Of a stretch of 64,000 bases of DNA, positions 55,409 to 64,000 are shown piece by piece. The number at the start of each line of letters is the position of its first letter. Positions within the stretch are counted from its first letter, which is position 1. The DNA is taken from the NCBI GenBank assembly GCA_964625685.1, contig CAZVBO010000002.1, forward strand, positions 55,440 to 119,439. Reading direction: 5' to 3'. The stretch comes from an uncultured Pseudomonadales bacterium. GTDB lineage: Bacteria > Patescibacteriota > Microgenomatia > UBA1400 > PJMF01. The position numbers and the translations under genes were made by a program. The notes under the pieces were generated by a model that saw only the letters and a list, made by a program, of their open reading frames with translations, had not been told where the DNA came from and searched no databases.

Positions 55409-55411
55409 ATT

Positions 55412-56845
55412 ATGGCACTTTCAACAAAGATCAAAACGATTCAAAACATCATGCGTCAAGACAGTGGTGTCGATGGTGATGCTCAGAGAATTTCGCAATT
55501 AGGCTGGTTGATATTCCTCAAGATTTTTGACGATCGTGAGCGAGAGCTTGAGATCATGAAAGGGGATTATGAATCACCAATGCCAGAAGAGTTGAGATGG
55601 CGAAATTGGGCATTGGACGAAGAAGGTATTACTGGTGATGAGTTATTGAACTTTGTAAACAATGACCTTTTCCCTAAGTTGAAGAACCTTGAAGTCAAAT
55701 CTACCGATGATAAAAAGGCACTTATTTTACGGTCCGTGTTTGAAGATGCTTTCAACTACATGAAGTCAGGGACCTTACTTCGTCAGGTAATCAACGAGCT
55801 GAATGATATTGACTTTGCTAGTTCAAATGACAGACATGTATTCAATGATGTGTATGAAAAAATCCTCAAGGACTTGCAGAGTGCCGGAAATGCCGGTGAG
55901 TTTTACACCCCTCGTGCAGTTACTCAATTTATTGTGGACATGGTGGATCCAAAGCTTGGCGAAAAAGTATTTGACCCCGCTTGTGGTACCGGTGGTTTTT
56001 TGACATCGGTAATTGAGCATGTTCGCAAGAATGAAGTCAAAACGGGTGAAGACAACGAAGCTTTGGCAAATTCAATATATGCAGTAGAAAAGAAACCACT
56101 GCCTCATTTGCTTTGTACAACCAATATGATTCTTCATGGTATTGATGATCCAAGCAATATTGTCAGAGGTAATTCATTGGTTCGTCCTTTGCGTGATTAC
56201 ACCGAAGATGATAGGGTCCATGTGATCGTGACTAATCCACCGTTTGGTGGGACCGAAGAAGATGGAATTGAACTTGGCTTTCCAAAGAAGTTCCAAACAA
56301 GGGAAACTGCTGATTTGTTTTTGGTCCTGATTATTCATTTACTCAAAGAGAATGGTCGAGTGGGTATAGTTTTGCCAGATGGTTCTTTATCTGGTGAAGG
56401 TGTCAAACAGAGAATCAGAGAGCATTTGCTCAATAAATGTAATTTACACACGATTATTCGTTTGCCAAACAGCGTCTTCAAGCCATATGCCACTGTTAGT
56501 ACTAATTTATTGTTTTTCTCAAAGGGTGAGCCAACCAAAGAAGTTTGGTATTACGAGCACCAACTTCCAGACGGATACAAAAGCTATTCAAAGACAAAAC
56601 CAATTCAACTAAGTGAATTTGATGTTATCAAAAAATGGTGGAGCAACAGAGAAGAAGGTCCTTTTTCATGGAAGGTTGGCATCAAAGATATTGAAGAAAA
56701 AGGTTTCAACTTAGATATCAAGAATCCAAATATCAAACGAAAGAAAATTGAACAATCACCAGAAGAAATCATTTCAGAGATTCGAGAGAATCAGAGTCAA
56801 ATTGATCAATTGTTGAGTGAGATTGAGGAACTAATCAAATCATGA
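55412..56845 (+). CDS. hsdM: Type I restriction-modification N6-adenine DNA methyltransferase subunit
   Basis: HsdM N-terminal domain (LGWLIFLKIFDDRE), SAM motif I DPACGTGGFL, catalytic NPPFGG (VTNPPFGGTEE). Confidence 0.9.
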   Translation: MALSTKIKTIQNIMRQDSGVDGDAQRISQLGWLIFLKIFDDRERELEIMKGDYESPMPEELRWRNWALDEEGITGDELLNFVNNDLFPKLKNLEVKSTDDKKALILRSVFEDAFNYMKSGTLLRQVINELNDIDFASSNDRHVFNDVYEKILKDLQSAGNAGEFYTPRAVTQFIVDMVDPKLGEKVFDPACGTGGFLTSVIEHVRKNEVKTGEDNEALANSIYAVEKKPLPHLLCTTNMILHGIDDPSNIVRGNSLVRPLRDYTEDDRVHVIVTNPPFGGTEEDGIELGFPKKFQTRETADLFLVLIIHLLKENGRVGIVLPDGSLSGEGVKQRIREHLLNKCNLHTIIRLPNSVFKPYATVSTNLLFFSKGEPTKEVWYYEHQLPDGYKSYSKTKPIQLSEFDVIKKWWSNREEGPFSWKVGIKDIEEKGFNLDIKNPNIKRKKIEQSPEEIISEIRENQSQIDQLLSEIEELIKS

Positions 56846-58032
56846 GCTATACATTAGATGAACTATGCCATATAGAAAAAGGCAAAATTGGCATTACAAA
56901 AGCCGTTGATGGTGAATATCCATTAGTTACCACTGGTGAAGATTTTGGAACACACAATGAATACCATTTTGAAGGTCCTGCTGTATGTGTGCCACTAGTT
57001 TCTTCAACTGGCCACGGACACGCTAGCATCAAGAGATTGCACTATATTGAAGGAAAGTTTGCTTGTGGAAATATTTTGGCAGTACTGATTCCAAAGGATC
57101 CAAGTAAGTTGTCAGCGAAGTTTTTATACACCTATCTTACTGTTCACAAACAGGAAAAATTGGTGAGAAAAATGAAGGGGGCGGCTAATGTATCTTTGAC
57201 TTTGACAAATTTGAAAAAAGTGAAAATTGAGGACTTGCCTTCGCTGAAAGAACAGGAAAAAATATCTAGCATTTATTCGTCTATTGATAAATTTTCTTTG
57301 GAATTTTTAAAAAAAATTGAATTCAACAAAACAAGAACTAGTACTCTAAAAAATAAGGTTATTGATTTGGCTGTGTTTGGCCATTTTTTACCATATTCAA
57401 ATAATGATTATTCATTTTCAGATGATTTTGATCACTTAGTTCCAAACAAGTGGTCATTTTCTAGCTTAGAGGATATAGCAGAATTCATTGATTATAGAGG
57501 CAAGACTCCAAAAAAAGTTGATACTGGTATTAGGTTGGTCACTGCTAAAAATGTAAAGCTCGGATATTTTTCATATGAGCCAGCAGAATATATGGAATCT
57601 CATGCTTATGATGATTGGATGACAAGAGGGTTTCCTCAAAAGAATGATGTTTTATTTACCACAGAGGCCCCATTAGCTAATACATGTTTATACCCGTTTG
57701 AGCACACAGAGAAAATTGCTTTAGCACAGAGAATCATTACATTGCACCCATATAATGATAGTGATTATATAAAAAGCAGATATTTGTTTTATTGCTTATT
57801 AGCACCTTCAATAAGAAGAAAAATTCAGGCAAAAGCAACTGGTACGGCCGCTTTAGGAATTAGATCTAGTAGGCTAAAAAAAATTATTTTTCCAGTACCT
57901 TCTCAAGATGAGATGCTGAAAATTGTGAATTTTTTGGAAGTTTTCTTTGAGTTCATTGAACAAATTGGATCAAAGGTTTCAGACAATGAAGAAATCATCG
58001 ATAAACTAAAAAATCAATCTTACAAAGGATAG
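56842..58032 (+). CDS. hsdS: Type I R-M specificity subunit with two target-recognition domains
   Basis: Central conserved repeat LKKVKIEDLPSLKEQEKISSIYSSIDKF and C-terminal IIFPVPSQDEMLKIVNFLEVFFEFIEQI flank two variable TRDs; 4-nt overlap with hsdM. Confidence 0.85.
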   Translation: MSYTLDELCHIEKGKIGITKAVDGEYPLVTTGEDFGTHNEYHFEGPAVCVPLVSSTGHGHASIKRLHYIEGKFACGNILAVLIPKDPSKLSAKFLYTYLTVHKQEKLVRKMKGAANVSLTLTNLKKVKIEDLPSLKEQEKISSIYSSIDKFSLEFLKKIEFNKTRTSTLKNKVIDLAVFGHFLPYSNNDYSFSDDFDHLVPNKWSFSSLEDIAEFIDYRGKTPKKVDTGIRLVTAKNVKLGYFSYEPAEYMESHAYDDWMTRGFPQKNDVLFTTEAPLANTCLYPFEHTEKIALAQRIITLHPYNDSDYIKSRYLFYCLLAPSIRRKIQAKATGTAALGIRSSRLKKIIFPVPSQDEMLKIVNFLEVFFEFIEQIGSKVSDNEEIIDKLKNQSYKG

Positions 58033-58040
58033 TGACATAA

Positions 58041-61010
58041 ATGAAATCTGATTACTTCACCCCTGACGGCTATCTATCAGCTCAAAAAGTTCGAGATGTG
58101 CTCAAGAACGTTGAGTATGAGGGTAAAAAATTATCAGAGGAAAAGGTGGGGGACATAGTTGAACAATTTTGGTTTCAGGATTACTACTCCAATTTTATTT
58201 GTATCCCAGACGTTTTTGAGTTCCTTCAAGAGTATTTAGAAGAGTATGGGCCAGAAGTAAAGAGAATCGATTTCTATCGATACCACTTTTCAAAGGTTGT
58301 TACTGACGATAAAAAAAAGTCCAGCTTAGAGCTAATCTCTGTTGATTTTGAAACAAAGCAACGCAATGACATAAATCAAGACCTTTTGCAGGAAGTTCTT
58401 GATAAACATGAGATCACTAATATTTCATTTGAGTGGTTACTTGAGAAGAAGTTCATTTGGCAAATAGAAGATAAATTTGAATGGCGTCACCACACATATA
58501 CTGAGTTCTTTGCTTCTGAATACATCCTCAAGCAAAAAGAGCCGATCAAAGTTGTTGATGAGTTAGCAGTTTTGAATGTTGAAGCTGACAACTCAAAAAA
58601 CATCAAGCCTTCGTGGCATGGTGTGATCAAGTTTTTACTTCAAAGCGAAATTTCCCATGATGCGTTGAACTGGCTTATTGGATTGATCAAAGAAAACCCA
58701 CTCAATTTGAGTGAAGATCTGACAAACATCATCAGCATGTTTGCTCCTCACGATTTAGATGATTCTGAAAAATCAGAGGTTTTCAATATTATTTATGACA
58801 CCTATCAAGAAAGAATGGTTTGGTTACCGGTCTGGGCAAGAACAGGGTTGGCTAAGTTTTTTACAACCACACAGTTAGAGAAATTTGAAAAGCACTTAGA
58901 AGCTACTGATGATGAGGTCGAAACATATGTCCATCGTGGCAACGTGGTGGCAGTAGTGGGTGAATTGATTGAGATAGGAATTATTAGTGATAAAAAACAA
59001 ATTGGCTTATGGAAGGATAGATTTGTTGAGTACGCCTTGGATGAAAATGATAATGGGGTACTGCAAAGGCACAGTCTTCATGCTCTTAGGCAGTTCAAAG
59101 AAAAAGATGGCCAACTGATCCTCAAGCTAAGAAAAAACCTGAATTCGTCAGATACTTTGGTTCGAGATGCATTTATTCAGTACTGCTCAGAGTCGGCCCC
59201 AAATACAAAAGAGGCAATAGACGTTTTTGCTGATGCATATGGCGAAGGAATGTCTCGTGTGTATAGCAGACACGGTATGTATGAAATTTCTTCATTGGAA
59301 GGCTTCACATATCTAATCGACAAACTAATAGACAATAGCAATTTCTTACATGAGTTTATTGATTCTGAATCAATCTTTGATGGTGAAAGAAAAGATCCCG
59401 ATGCAGAGTTTGTTCAAAAGATTATTGACTCGGCGAGGTCAAATACAGGTTTTGCTAAAAAGTTGAGCGATCTATTGAAGGAGGTCATAAAGAATGACGA
59501 AATATACCAGGTAGAACGTTCATATTTTGTTAGAAATATTAGTTTATTTCTTTTTGATGACCGCGACAGAGGTATTGAGTTTATCAAAGACGTAATTAGT
59601 GAAGAAGACATTACAAGGCATTTTGTTCATAACTTTTTTGACATACTTCCGGAAGTTTTGACGTCTGAGAATTGGCAAGAAATATTTGAAATTTTAGAAG
59701 CAACGGATATTGAATATGTTGATCGCCACCTTGAGAGAGTTTCGTATGGTCTTAGGTTTAGAAAAGAAGCTGGTGGTAAAGAACTATTTGAAGAGATTGC
59801 CCAAAAAAGAGGGTATAAGATCGAGAAACCAAGAGATTATGAGAAAGAAGAGAAAAAGAGGCAGGATGAGCTCTACAAAGAATTCAAATTCAAGATAGAA
59901 CCTGACAAGGGTCGGTTCATGGGAGATGTCTTTGAATATTACCTCAATAATGCAGAGGTTATTGAAGAGAGATGGTCTGATTATGAAGAAGAGCGAATGC
60001 TGTTCTTGGCTTACGAAGATGGTATCAAGAGGTTAGACCCAAGAGATTTTAGAGTCACATTTGAAGAGAAGAAAAAACGAGGAGGACGTTTTAGGTGGTC
60101 CAGTCAGGCCGCTTTTTATGGCGAAATGATCAAGGTTGTTCAGCGGATGAGACCTGATTTACTGGAAGAACCAGCTGTAAGACAACACATTATCGATTTC
60201 ACTCCGTATTGCTATTCTGATGACTACAAAGTGGTCCATGAGCTAATTACTGAGATTGAACCAAGTGATATTAGTTGGCTCGTTGAGCTCTACAAAAATG
60301 AAGATGATGATCGCCGGTATTTGGTCCCTGAATCATTTATTTATTTTCTTGAGAGCTTATTGGACCACAAACAAAATGTCACTAGTGCCATTCCAACACT
60401 TAGAACATTTATTCTTGATGAAAACATCTCGGATTGGGTAAGTCGAAGTGCTTTGGAGTTGCTAGGCAAAATTGAAGCATCAAGTAAGGATTACCAAGAT
60501 TTTCTTCAAGAGGTATTTGAAAAAACTGAATACGACAAAGTAAAAGAGGAAGCAAATAGGCAATTGATTGTTTTATTTGAAGAAGAAGAAGCGATTCAAT
60601 GGAGATTTGAGCAAATCAAAGCAAAAGTTTCTCCATTCAAGAGAGAAGAAGGTGTTCACTCGGTTGGTGAACTGGAAAGTGAGCTTGATTCAAGATCATT
60701 TATATCACCTCTTTGTGAGGTAAAGACAGAAAAAATACTCAAAGATTTTTTGAAGCTTTTTGAATATGTATTAGTTAAGTATGAAACGGATGAGGGATAT
60801 TCTGCCTACCTTGAATATGTTTGGGCAGCAATTATTAGATTTGTTTATAAATTTGACGAAGAACAGTTCTTTGACTTATACGCTAGATTGAAAAAATATG
60901 TTGAGGAGTCAGAGATTTCTAGTAAGAAGAGGCCTTACCTTGAGTATTCATTGCAGAAAACCAAAACAGATTTTATAAATAAAATGGCACTTGAAGGGAG
61001 AAATGAGTAG
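58041..61010 (+). CDS. Large (989 aa) all-alpha / HEAT-like repeat protein of unknown function, tightly coupled downstream of hsdS
   Basis: No Walker A/B. Possible N-terminal PD-(D/E)xK-like strand motifs (CIPD ... ISVDFETK). Segment FEWRHHTYTEFFASEYIL resembles the F-x-H-x-S/T-x-x-E-F-L-A-A winged-helix signature that follows STAND NTPase cores. PBS-lyase/HEAT-like repeats (e.g. VLQRHSLHALRQF, DWVSRSALELLGKI). Confidence 0.55.
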   Translation: MKSDYFTPDGYLSAQKVRDVLKNVEYEGKKLSEEKVGDIVEQFWFQDYYSNFICIPDVFEFLQEYLEEYGPEVKRIDFYRYHFSKVVTDDKKKSSLELISVDFETKQRNDINQDLLQEVLDKHEITNISFEWLLEKKFIWQIEDKFEWRHHTYTEFFASEYILKQKEPIKVVDELAVLNVEADNSKNIKPSWHGVIKFLLQSEISHDALNWLIGLIKENPLNLSEDLTNIISMFAPHDLDDSEKSEVFNIIYDTYQERMVWLPVWARTGLAKFFTTTQLEKFEKHLEATDDEVETYVHRGNVVAVVGELIEIGIISDKKQIGLWKDRFVEYALDENDNGVLQRHSLHALRQFKEKDGQLILKLRKNLNSSDTLVRDAFIQYCSESAPNTKEAIDVFADAYGEGMSRVYSRHGMYEISSLEGFTYLIDKLIDNSNFLHEFIDSESIFDGERKDPDAEFVQKIIDSARSNTGFAKKLSDLLKEVIKNDEIYQVERSYFVRNISLFLFDDRDRGIEFIKDVISEEDITRHFVHNFFDILPEVLTSENWQEIFEILEATDIEYVDRHLERVSYGLRFRKEAGGKELFEEIAQKRGYKIEKPRDYEKEEKKRQDELYKEFKFKIEPDKGRFMGDVFEYYLNNAEVIEERWSDYEEERMLFLAYEDGIKRLDPRDFRVTFEEKKKRGGRFRWSSQAAFYGEMIKVVQRMRPDLLEEPAVRQHIIDFTPYCYSDDYKVVHELITEIEPSDISWLVELYKNEDDDRRYLVPESFIYFLESLLDHKQNVTSAIPTLRTFILDENISDWVSRSALELLGKIEASSKDYQDFLQEVFEKTEYDKVKEEANRQLIVLFEEEEAIQWRFEQIKAKVSPFKREEGVHSVGELESELDSRSFISPLCEVKTEKILKDFLKLFEYVLVKYETDEGYSAYLEYVWAAIIRFVYKFDEEQFFDLYARLKKYVEESEISSKKRPYLEYSLQKTKTDFINKMALEGRNE

Positions 61011-61833
61011 TTCTTCCTTACCAATCCATGATGATTTTTCAAACAATCCTTTTGGTTTGCCTGATCCACCGACACCTAGGATTCCAACTGATCCATTAGA
61101 AAAAATTATCTATGCCTTTGAAGCTTGTCGTGGTGGAATACAACAAAGTCAGTTTCCTAATTACTCAGTAGATTCAATAATATGGTGTTTCAGGGCATTT
61201 GAATTGGTAAACAAGCTCAATGGGGAAGTGACTCAAAATGGTAAGAATCAGATTGAGAAATGGAAAAAACAGAAAAATATAGATTCAATGGATCAGGTGA
61301 CGGCCCTTTTTATAAGGAAGAAAGCAGAATTACCTGAATTTGAACTCGAAATAGAAAATCACTTTGATAACAAACATGTATATGTTGATTACTTTAGACA
61401 TACTTCACCGACTGATAAACTCCATTGGTTGAATTTTCTAATATATTTGGGATTTATAGACAATTCTGACTATAAACTCATTGATGTGTGTGACAGAAAT
61501 GGAAAAAGATATAAGTGGACTGAATCAGGTAAACTTTTTATTACAAAAATTAGAGAAGCAATTTCTCCAAAGGAAATCTTTTCAGATGGAGTAATCACTG
61601 AAGAACTAAACTGGCACGAAAAGACAAGAAAGTTTTTGTCAAAGATTCCCAAGTGGTTTTGGTCAATTCCTATCTTGATGATTCTACTAATTTTGCTTTT
61701 TTTTGCCAAACATTGGCTTCCCGTATTTTGTCCGATTGTAACTAAAGACAAAAGTACTTATCAGGTATTCAAATCGATAGAAATTGGACCTATCAATGGT
61801 TCTGAATTATGTGAGCCAATTCCGGAAAACTAG
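60991..61833 (+). CDS. Hypothetical protein with a single C-terminal TM anchor (280 aa), overlapping the 989-aa gene by 20 nt
   Basis: Soluble N-terminal domain then KWFWSIPILMILLILLFFAKHWL TM helix; translationally coupled to the upstream gene. Confidence 0.45.
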   Translation: MKGEMSSSSLPIHDDFSNNPFGLPDPPTPRIPTDPLEKIIYAFEACRGGIQQSQFPNYSVDSIIWCFRAFELVNKLNGEVTQNGKNQIEKWKKQKNIDSMDQVTALFIRKKAELPEFELEIENHFDNKHVYVDYFRHTSPTDKLHWLNFLIYLGFIDNSDYKLIDVCDRNGKRYKWTESGKLFITKIREAISPKEIFSDGVITEELNWHEKTRKFLSKIPKWFWSIPILMILLILLFFAKHWLPVFCPIVTKDKSTYQVFKSIEIGPINGSELCEPIPEN

Positions 61834-62120
61834 AGTAATTCAAGAATCTTATCTGCAACTTCCTCACCATCATTCCATTTCAGTTTGATTTTGTGAGTTT
61901 TACCGCCCGTTGTTTCAATCAAAACCCATTTGAAACCCTTGATATTGAAAGGGTTGATCTTTGAACTGCCGTCAGCGTTGGTAGAGGTGATGACGTTGGC
62001 GATTTGTTTTGTTGGAATGGAGATTTTATTGAAGCTGAGCTTTTTTCCGATAACCACTTTTGCAGGGTAGATCTCAATCCAATCAAGGACTAATTGTTTC
62101 TTTAGTAGTTTATTTTCCAT
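61830..62120 (-). CDS. Small hypothetical protein (96 aa), reverse strand
   Basis: ORF with reasonable codon usage; convergent with the 280-aa gene (4-nt overlap). Confidence 0.35.
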   Translation of the reverse strand: MENKLLKKQLVLDWIEIYPAKVVIGKKLSFNKISIPTKQIANVITSTNADGSSKINPFNIKGFKWVLIETTGGKTHKIKLKWNDGEEVADKILELL

Positions 62121-62162
62121 AGTAGGTTGCTTTCTATATTGCTTTGAATTATAGATCTAAAA

Positions 62163-62178
62163 AGTAGATAAGTCTACT
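62163..62178 (+). promoter_or_regulatory. Site 3 of the island motif: inverted repeat AGTAGA-TAAG-TCTACT (contains the reverse complement of CTTATCTACT) in the promoter of the XRE-HTH gene
   Basis: Read directly, 40 nt upstream of the ATG at 62218; lies between divergent genes. Confidence 0.45.
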
Positions 62179-62217
62179 AATAGTGCGTTTATCTTTAGTG
62201 CGTAAGGGTCTGTAATC

Positions 62218-62448
62218 GTGGATATGCTAAGCAAATCCCGTTTCACTCAAATCGTAGGTCAAAATATTCGAAAAGTTCGTTTAGATAAGGGGATGACTCA
62301 AGATGAGCTTTCTCACGAATGTGGGTTTTACAGAACCTATATCAACTTAGTTGAAACTGCTCACAGGACCCCATCTTCATTCACTTTGTTCAAAATAGCA
62401 AAGGCTCTAAAGGTCTCGGTTGATGACCTTTATCCAACCACGGTTTAG
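62218..62448 (+). CDS. XRE-family (Cro/C1-type) helix-turn-helix transcriptional regulator
   Basis: QNIRKVRLDKGMTQDELSHECGFYRTYINLVETAHRTPSSFTLFKIAKALKVSVDDLY is a canonical HTH_3/XRE domain; 76 aa. Confidence 0.8.
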   Translation: MDMLSKSRFTQIVGQNIRKVRLDKGMTQDELSHECGFYRTYINLVETAHRTPSSFTLFKIAKALKVSVDDLYPTTV

Positions 62449-62606
62449 GTAAAATCTACAAAGTTACCGTATTTCTCATTTTCCTCAAGTAGTGGTTGGG
62501 TAGAACGCCGGTTGGATGACGGTGAAAACGGCATATACCGTTTTTTTGAAGCACGTCATAAAATATATCAAAATGACACAAGATGAAATGATGACAGAAT
62601 GCAAAA

Positions 62607-63380
62607 ATGAATCAGAAAAGTGACAAGTGGATTTCGAATCCAACCACAAAATATGATGAGCTAATACTCGGTGATGATGAAGCGATATCAAAGTACTCCT
62701 ATTCATTGTGTGCGGTCTTAGTTAGACTTGGATCATTTCAATATGAGTTGAAAAAGTTTAGAGAAAGCTTGGGTATAAACAAAATCTACGAATTGCCCAA
62801 GAATTTTCGTTATAAAGAACTCGGATATTGGCTAGATAGCCTAGATTTAGATTATTCAAGGCTACTTGAAGCAGGCGATTTTATTTGTTTTTTGTACAGA
62901 TTGCCCAATGACTGGCAAATGTCATTTATGTGTGCAATTGTTGCAGATTTTTTACCAATTCCAATCGAATTGCCGGCCATTGAGATATATAAGCCAAATA
63001 ACTACTTATCACTTGCCAAAAATAATTTTCCAACTTCTTTGTCGAGATATCCAGCACTTATCATCAAGAAAAATATCTCACCGACAAAGATGAGGACTTG
63101 GATCCTAGAAAATAGCAATCAAGTAAGAGATGCAACTAATCCTCTTTATGACGAGAACCTGATACGGAATGAAGAGAAAACCATCATTTGGGGGGCAATT
63201 GCGAGTCAAGTTTTTATAGATTATCCCAAAATAGATCGAGAATTTGTAGATAAGTGCGAGAAGCTAGCGAAAGATATAAACATTGATTTGGGGCTTCCGG
63301 GTACTAATGAAATTTTCAACCATAAAGAGCGATTTGAAGAAGCCATAGCTAAGTCAGATTTCCTCAAGCACAGTAGTTAG
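62607..63380 (+). CDS. Hypothetical protein (257 aa)
   Basis: ORF in the island downstream of the XRE regulator; no motif recognised. Confidence 0.4.
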   Translation: MNQKSDKWISNPTTKYDELILGDDEAISKYSYSLCAVLVRLGSFQYELKKFRESLGINKIYELPKNFRYKELGYWLDSLDLDYSRLLEAGDFICFLYRLPNDWQMSFMCAIVADFLPIPIELPAIEIYKPNNYLSLAKNNFPTSLSRYPALIIKKNISPTKMRTWILENSNQVRDATNPLYDENLIRNEEKTIIWGAIASQVFIDYPKIDREFVDKCEKLAKDINIDLGLPGTNEIFNHKERFEEAIAKSDFLKHSS

Positions 63381-63842
63381 ACTAGTTGCCGTTTTTATCA
63401 AAAAAGTTTTTTTCACCATAATCATGCTCAATGAGAGATATAGAACTTCTCTACGAGCAAAGCACAGAAATGACACCAGAAGACTTGGATGTCATTTTTG
63501 ACATGCTTTTTGAGATGGTTTGGGAATCTCTTCAAAAAAAGTCGGCAGAAGCATAGCCCTTGTGTTGAATAGACGACTCAAAATAGCTATTCAGAGGTAA
63601 GGGACTCGATGGCAAGACACCTATACTAGATGACTGTATTTTGACTGACAAGGTTTGGTAAGCACTGATAAAACCCTTTGACCATGACAAGAATCATGGG
63701 GGTGGCACACAAGACTGTTAGAACACACGCACAAATACATCTAGGCAGGATGAGGAGTCCAGAAGAGGGAAATACAACTAGGGGGCCGAAGGCCCTAAGA
63801 GAAAAGTCGACTAGTAAATAGTAATAAAAAAAGAAAGGAAAG

Positions 63843-64000
63843 TATGAAATATCATACAGTTGTACCTTATTTGAAAAATGAGGATAAAACATTCCAGTTG
63901 CGTCTGCATATTGGGTGGAGGTCTTTTTTGCTTGAACAAAGAGCCCTAACTGGGAAAAAAATGAAAGATATTGTTGAAGAATTATTAGTTGATCACTTCA
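63843..64000 (+). CDS. Hypothetical protein, 5' partial (continues beyond the window)
   Basis: ATG at 63843 preceded by AAAGGAAAG RBS; open to the end of the window (MKYHTVVPYLKNEDKTFQLRLHIGW...). Confidence 0.35.

Noticed and set aside
58041-61010. Calling the 989-aa protein a STAND/NACHT NTPase
   Set aside because: I found no Walker A (GxxxxGK[ST]) or Walker B anywhere in the protein. Only the post-NTPase winged-helix-like signature and helical repeats are present, so I describe it as STAND-like sensor architecture without ATPase rather than as an NTPase.

Overview
This 64-kb window reads as a compact, low-GC (roughly 40%) bacterial chromosome segment with short intergenic spacers and many overlapping start/stop codons. 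It uses the standard genetic code, since long ORFs read through without in-frame TGA. Gene size and content (small EF-Ts, heavy reliance on nucleotide salvage enzymes) would fit a reduced-genome lineage, but I cannot assign taxonomy from sequence alone.

- **Core region, about 1–49.4 kb.** Housekeeping genes dominate:
  - A rod-shape cluster: mreB-like, mreC, mreD, PBP2.
  - dprA and topA.
  - nadD plus a small cytidylyltransferase.
  - A thymidylate/deoxynucleotide cluster: dCMP deaminase, HIT protein, thyA, dut, DHFR-like, tmk.
  - purA and purB.
  - An argG whose C-terminus carries an MGS-like domain.
  - A pyrimidine block: CodA-like amidohydrolase, pyrD, upp, pyrE, pyrF.
  - guaA, flanked by two copies of a conserved, terminator-containing leader element of about 170 bp.
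  - Salvage enzymes: dNK, HPRT-like, an HD hydrolase.
  - glyA, nfo, folD, rpsB, tsf, recR, hpf, cysS, radC.
  - Envelope proteins: a beta-helix repeat protein and a PspC-domain protein.
- **Accessory island, about 49.6–63.4 kb.** This looks like a defence island. A three-gene operon (2-TM protein, HARE-HTH plus PD-(D/E)xK Mrr-like nuclease, Cas4/RecB-like nuclease fused to an RNase-H-like domain) is followed by a complete type I R-M system (hsdR-hsdM-hsdS). Tightly coupled to hsdS are a 989-aa all-alpha/HEAT-like protein with no recognisable NTPase and a 280-aa protein with a C-terminal TM anchor. A small reverse-strand ORF, an XRE-family HTH regulator and further unknown ORFs follow. A 10-mer (CTTATCTACT / AGTAGATAAG) recurs in three promoter regions of this island.
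- **Negative results.** I found no rRNA, no convincing tRNA, no CRISPR array and no transposase.
- **Candidate RNA or operator elements.** Several intergenic regions carry strikingly structured sequence: a cloverleaf-like element at 43559–43630, a palindrome-rich divergent promoter at 37527–37675, and a GC-rich element at 16347–16428.
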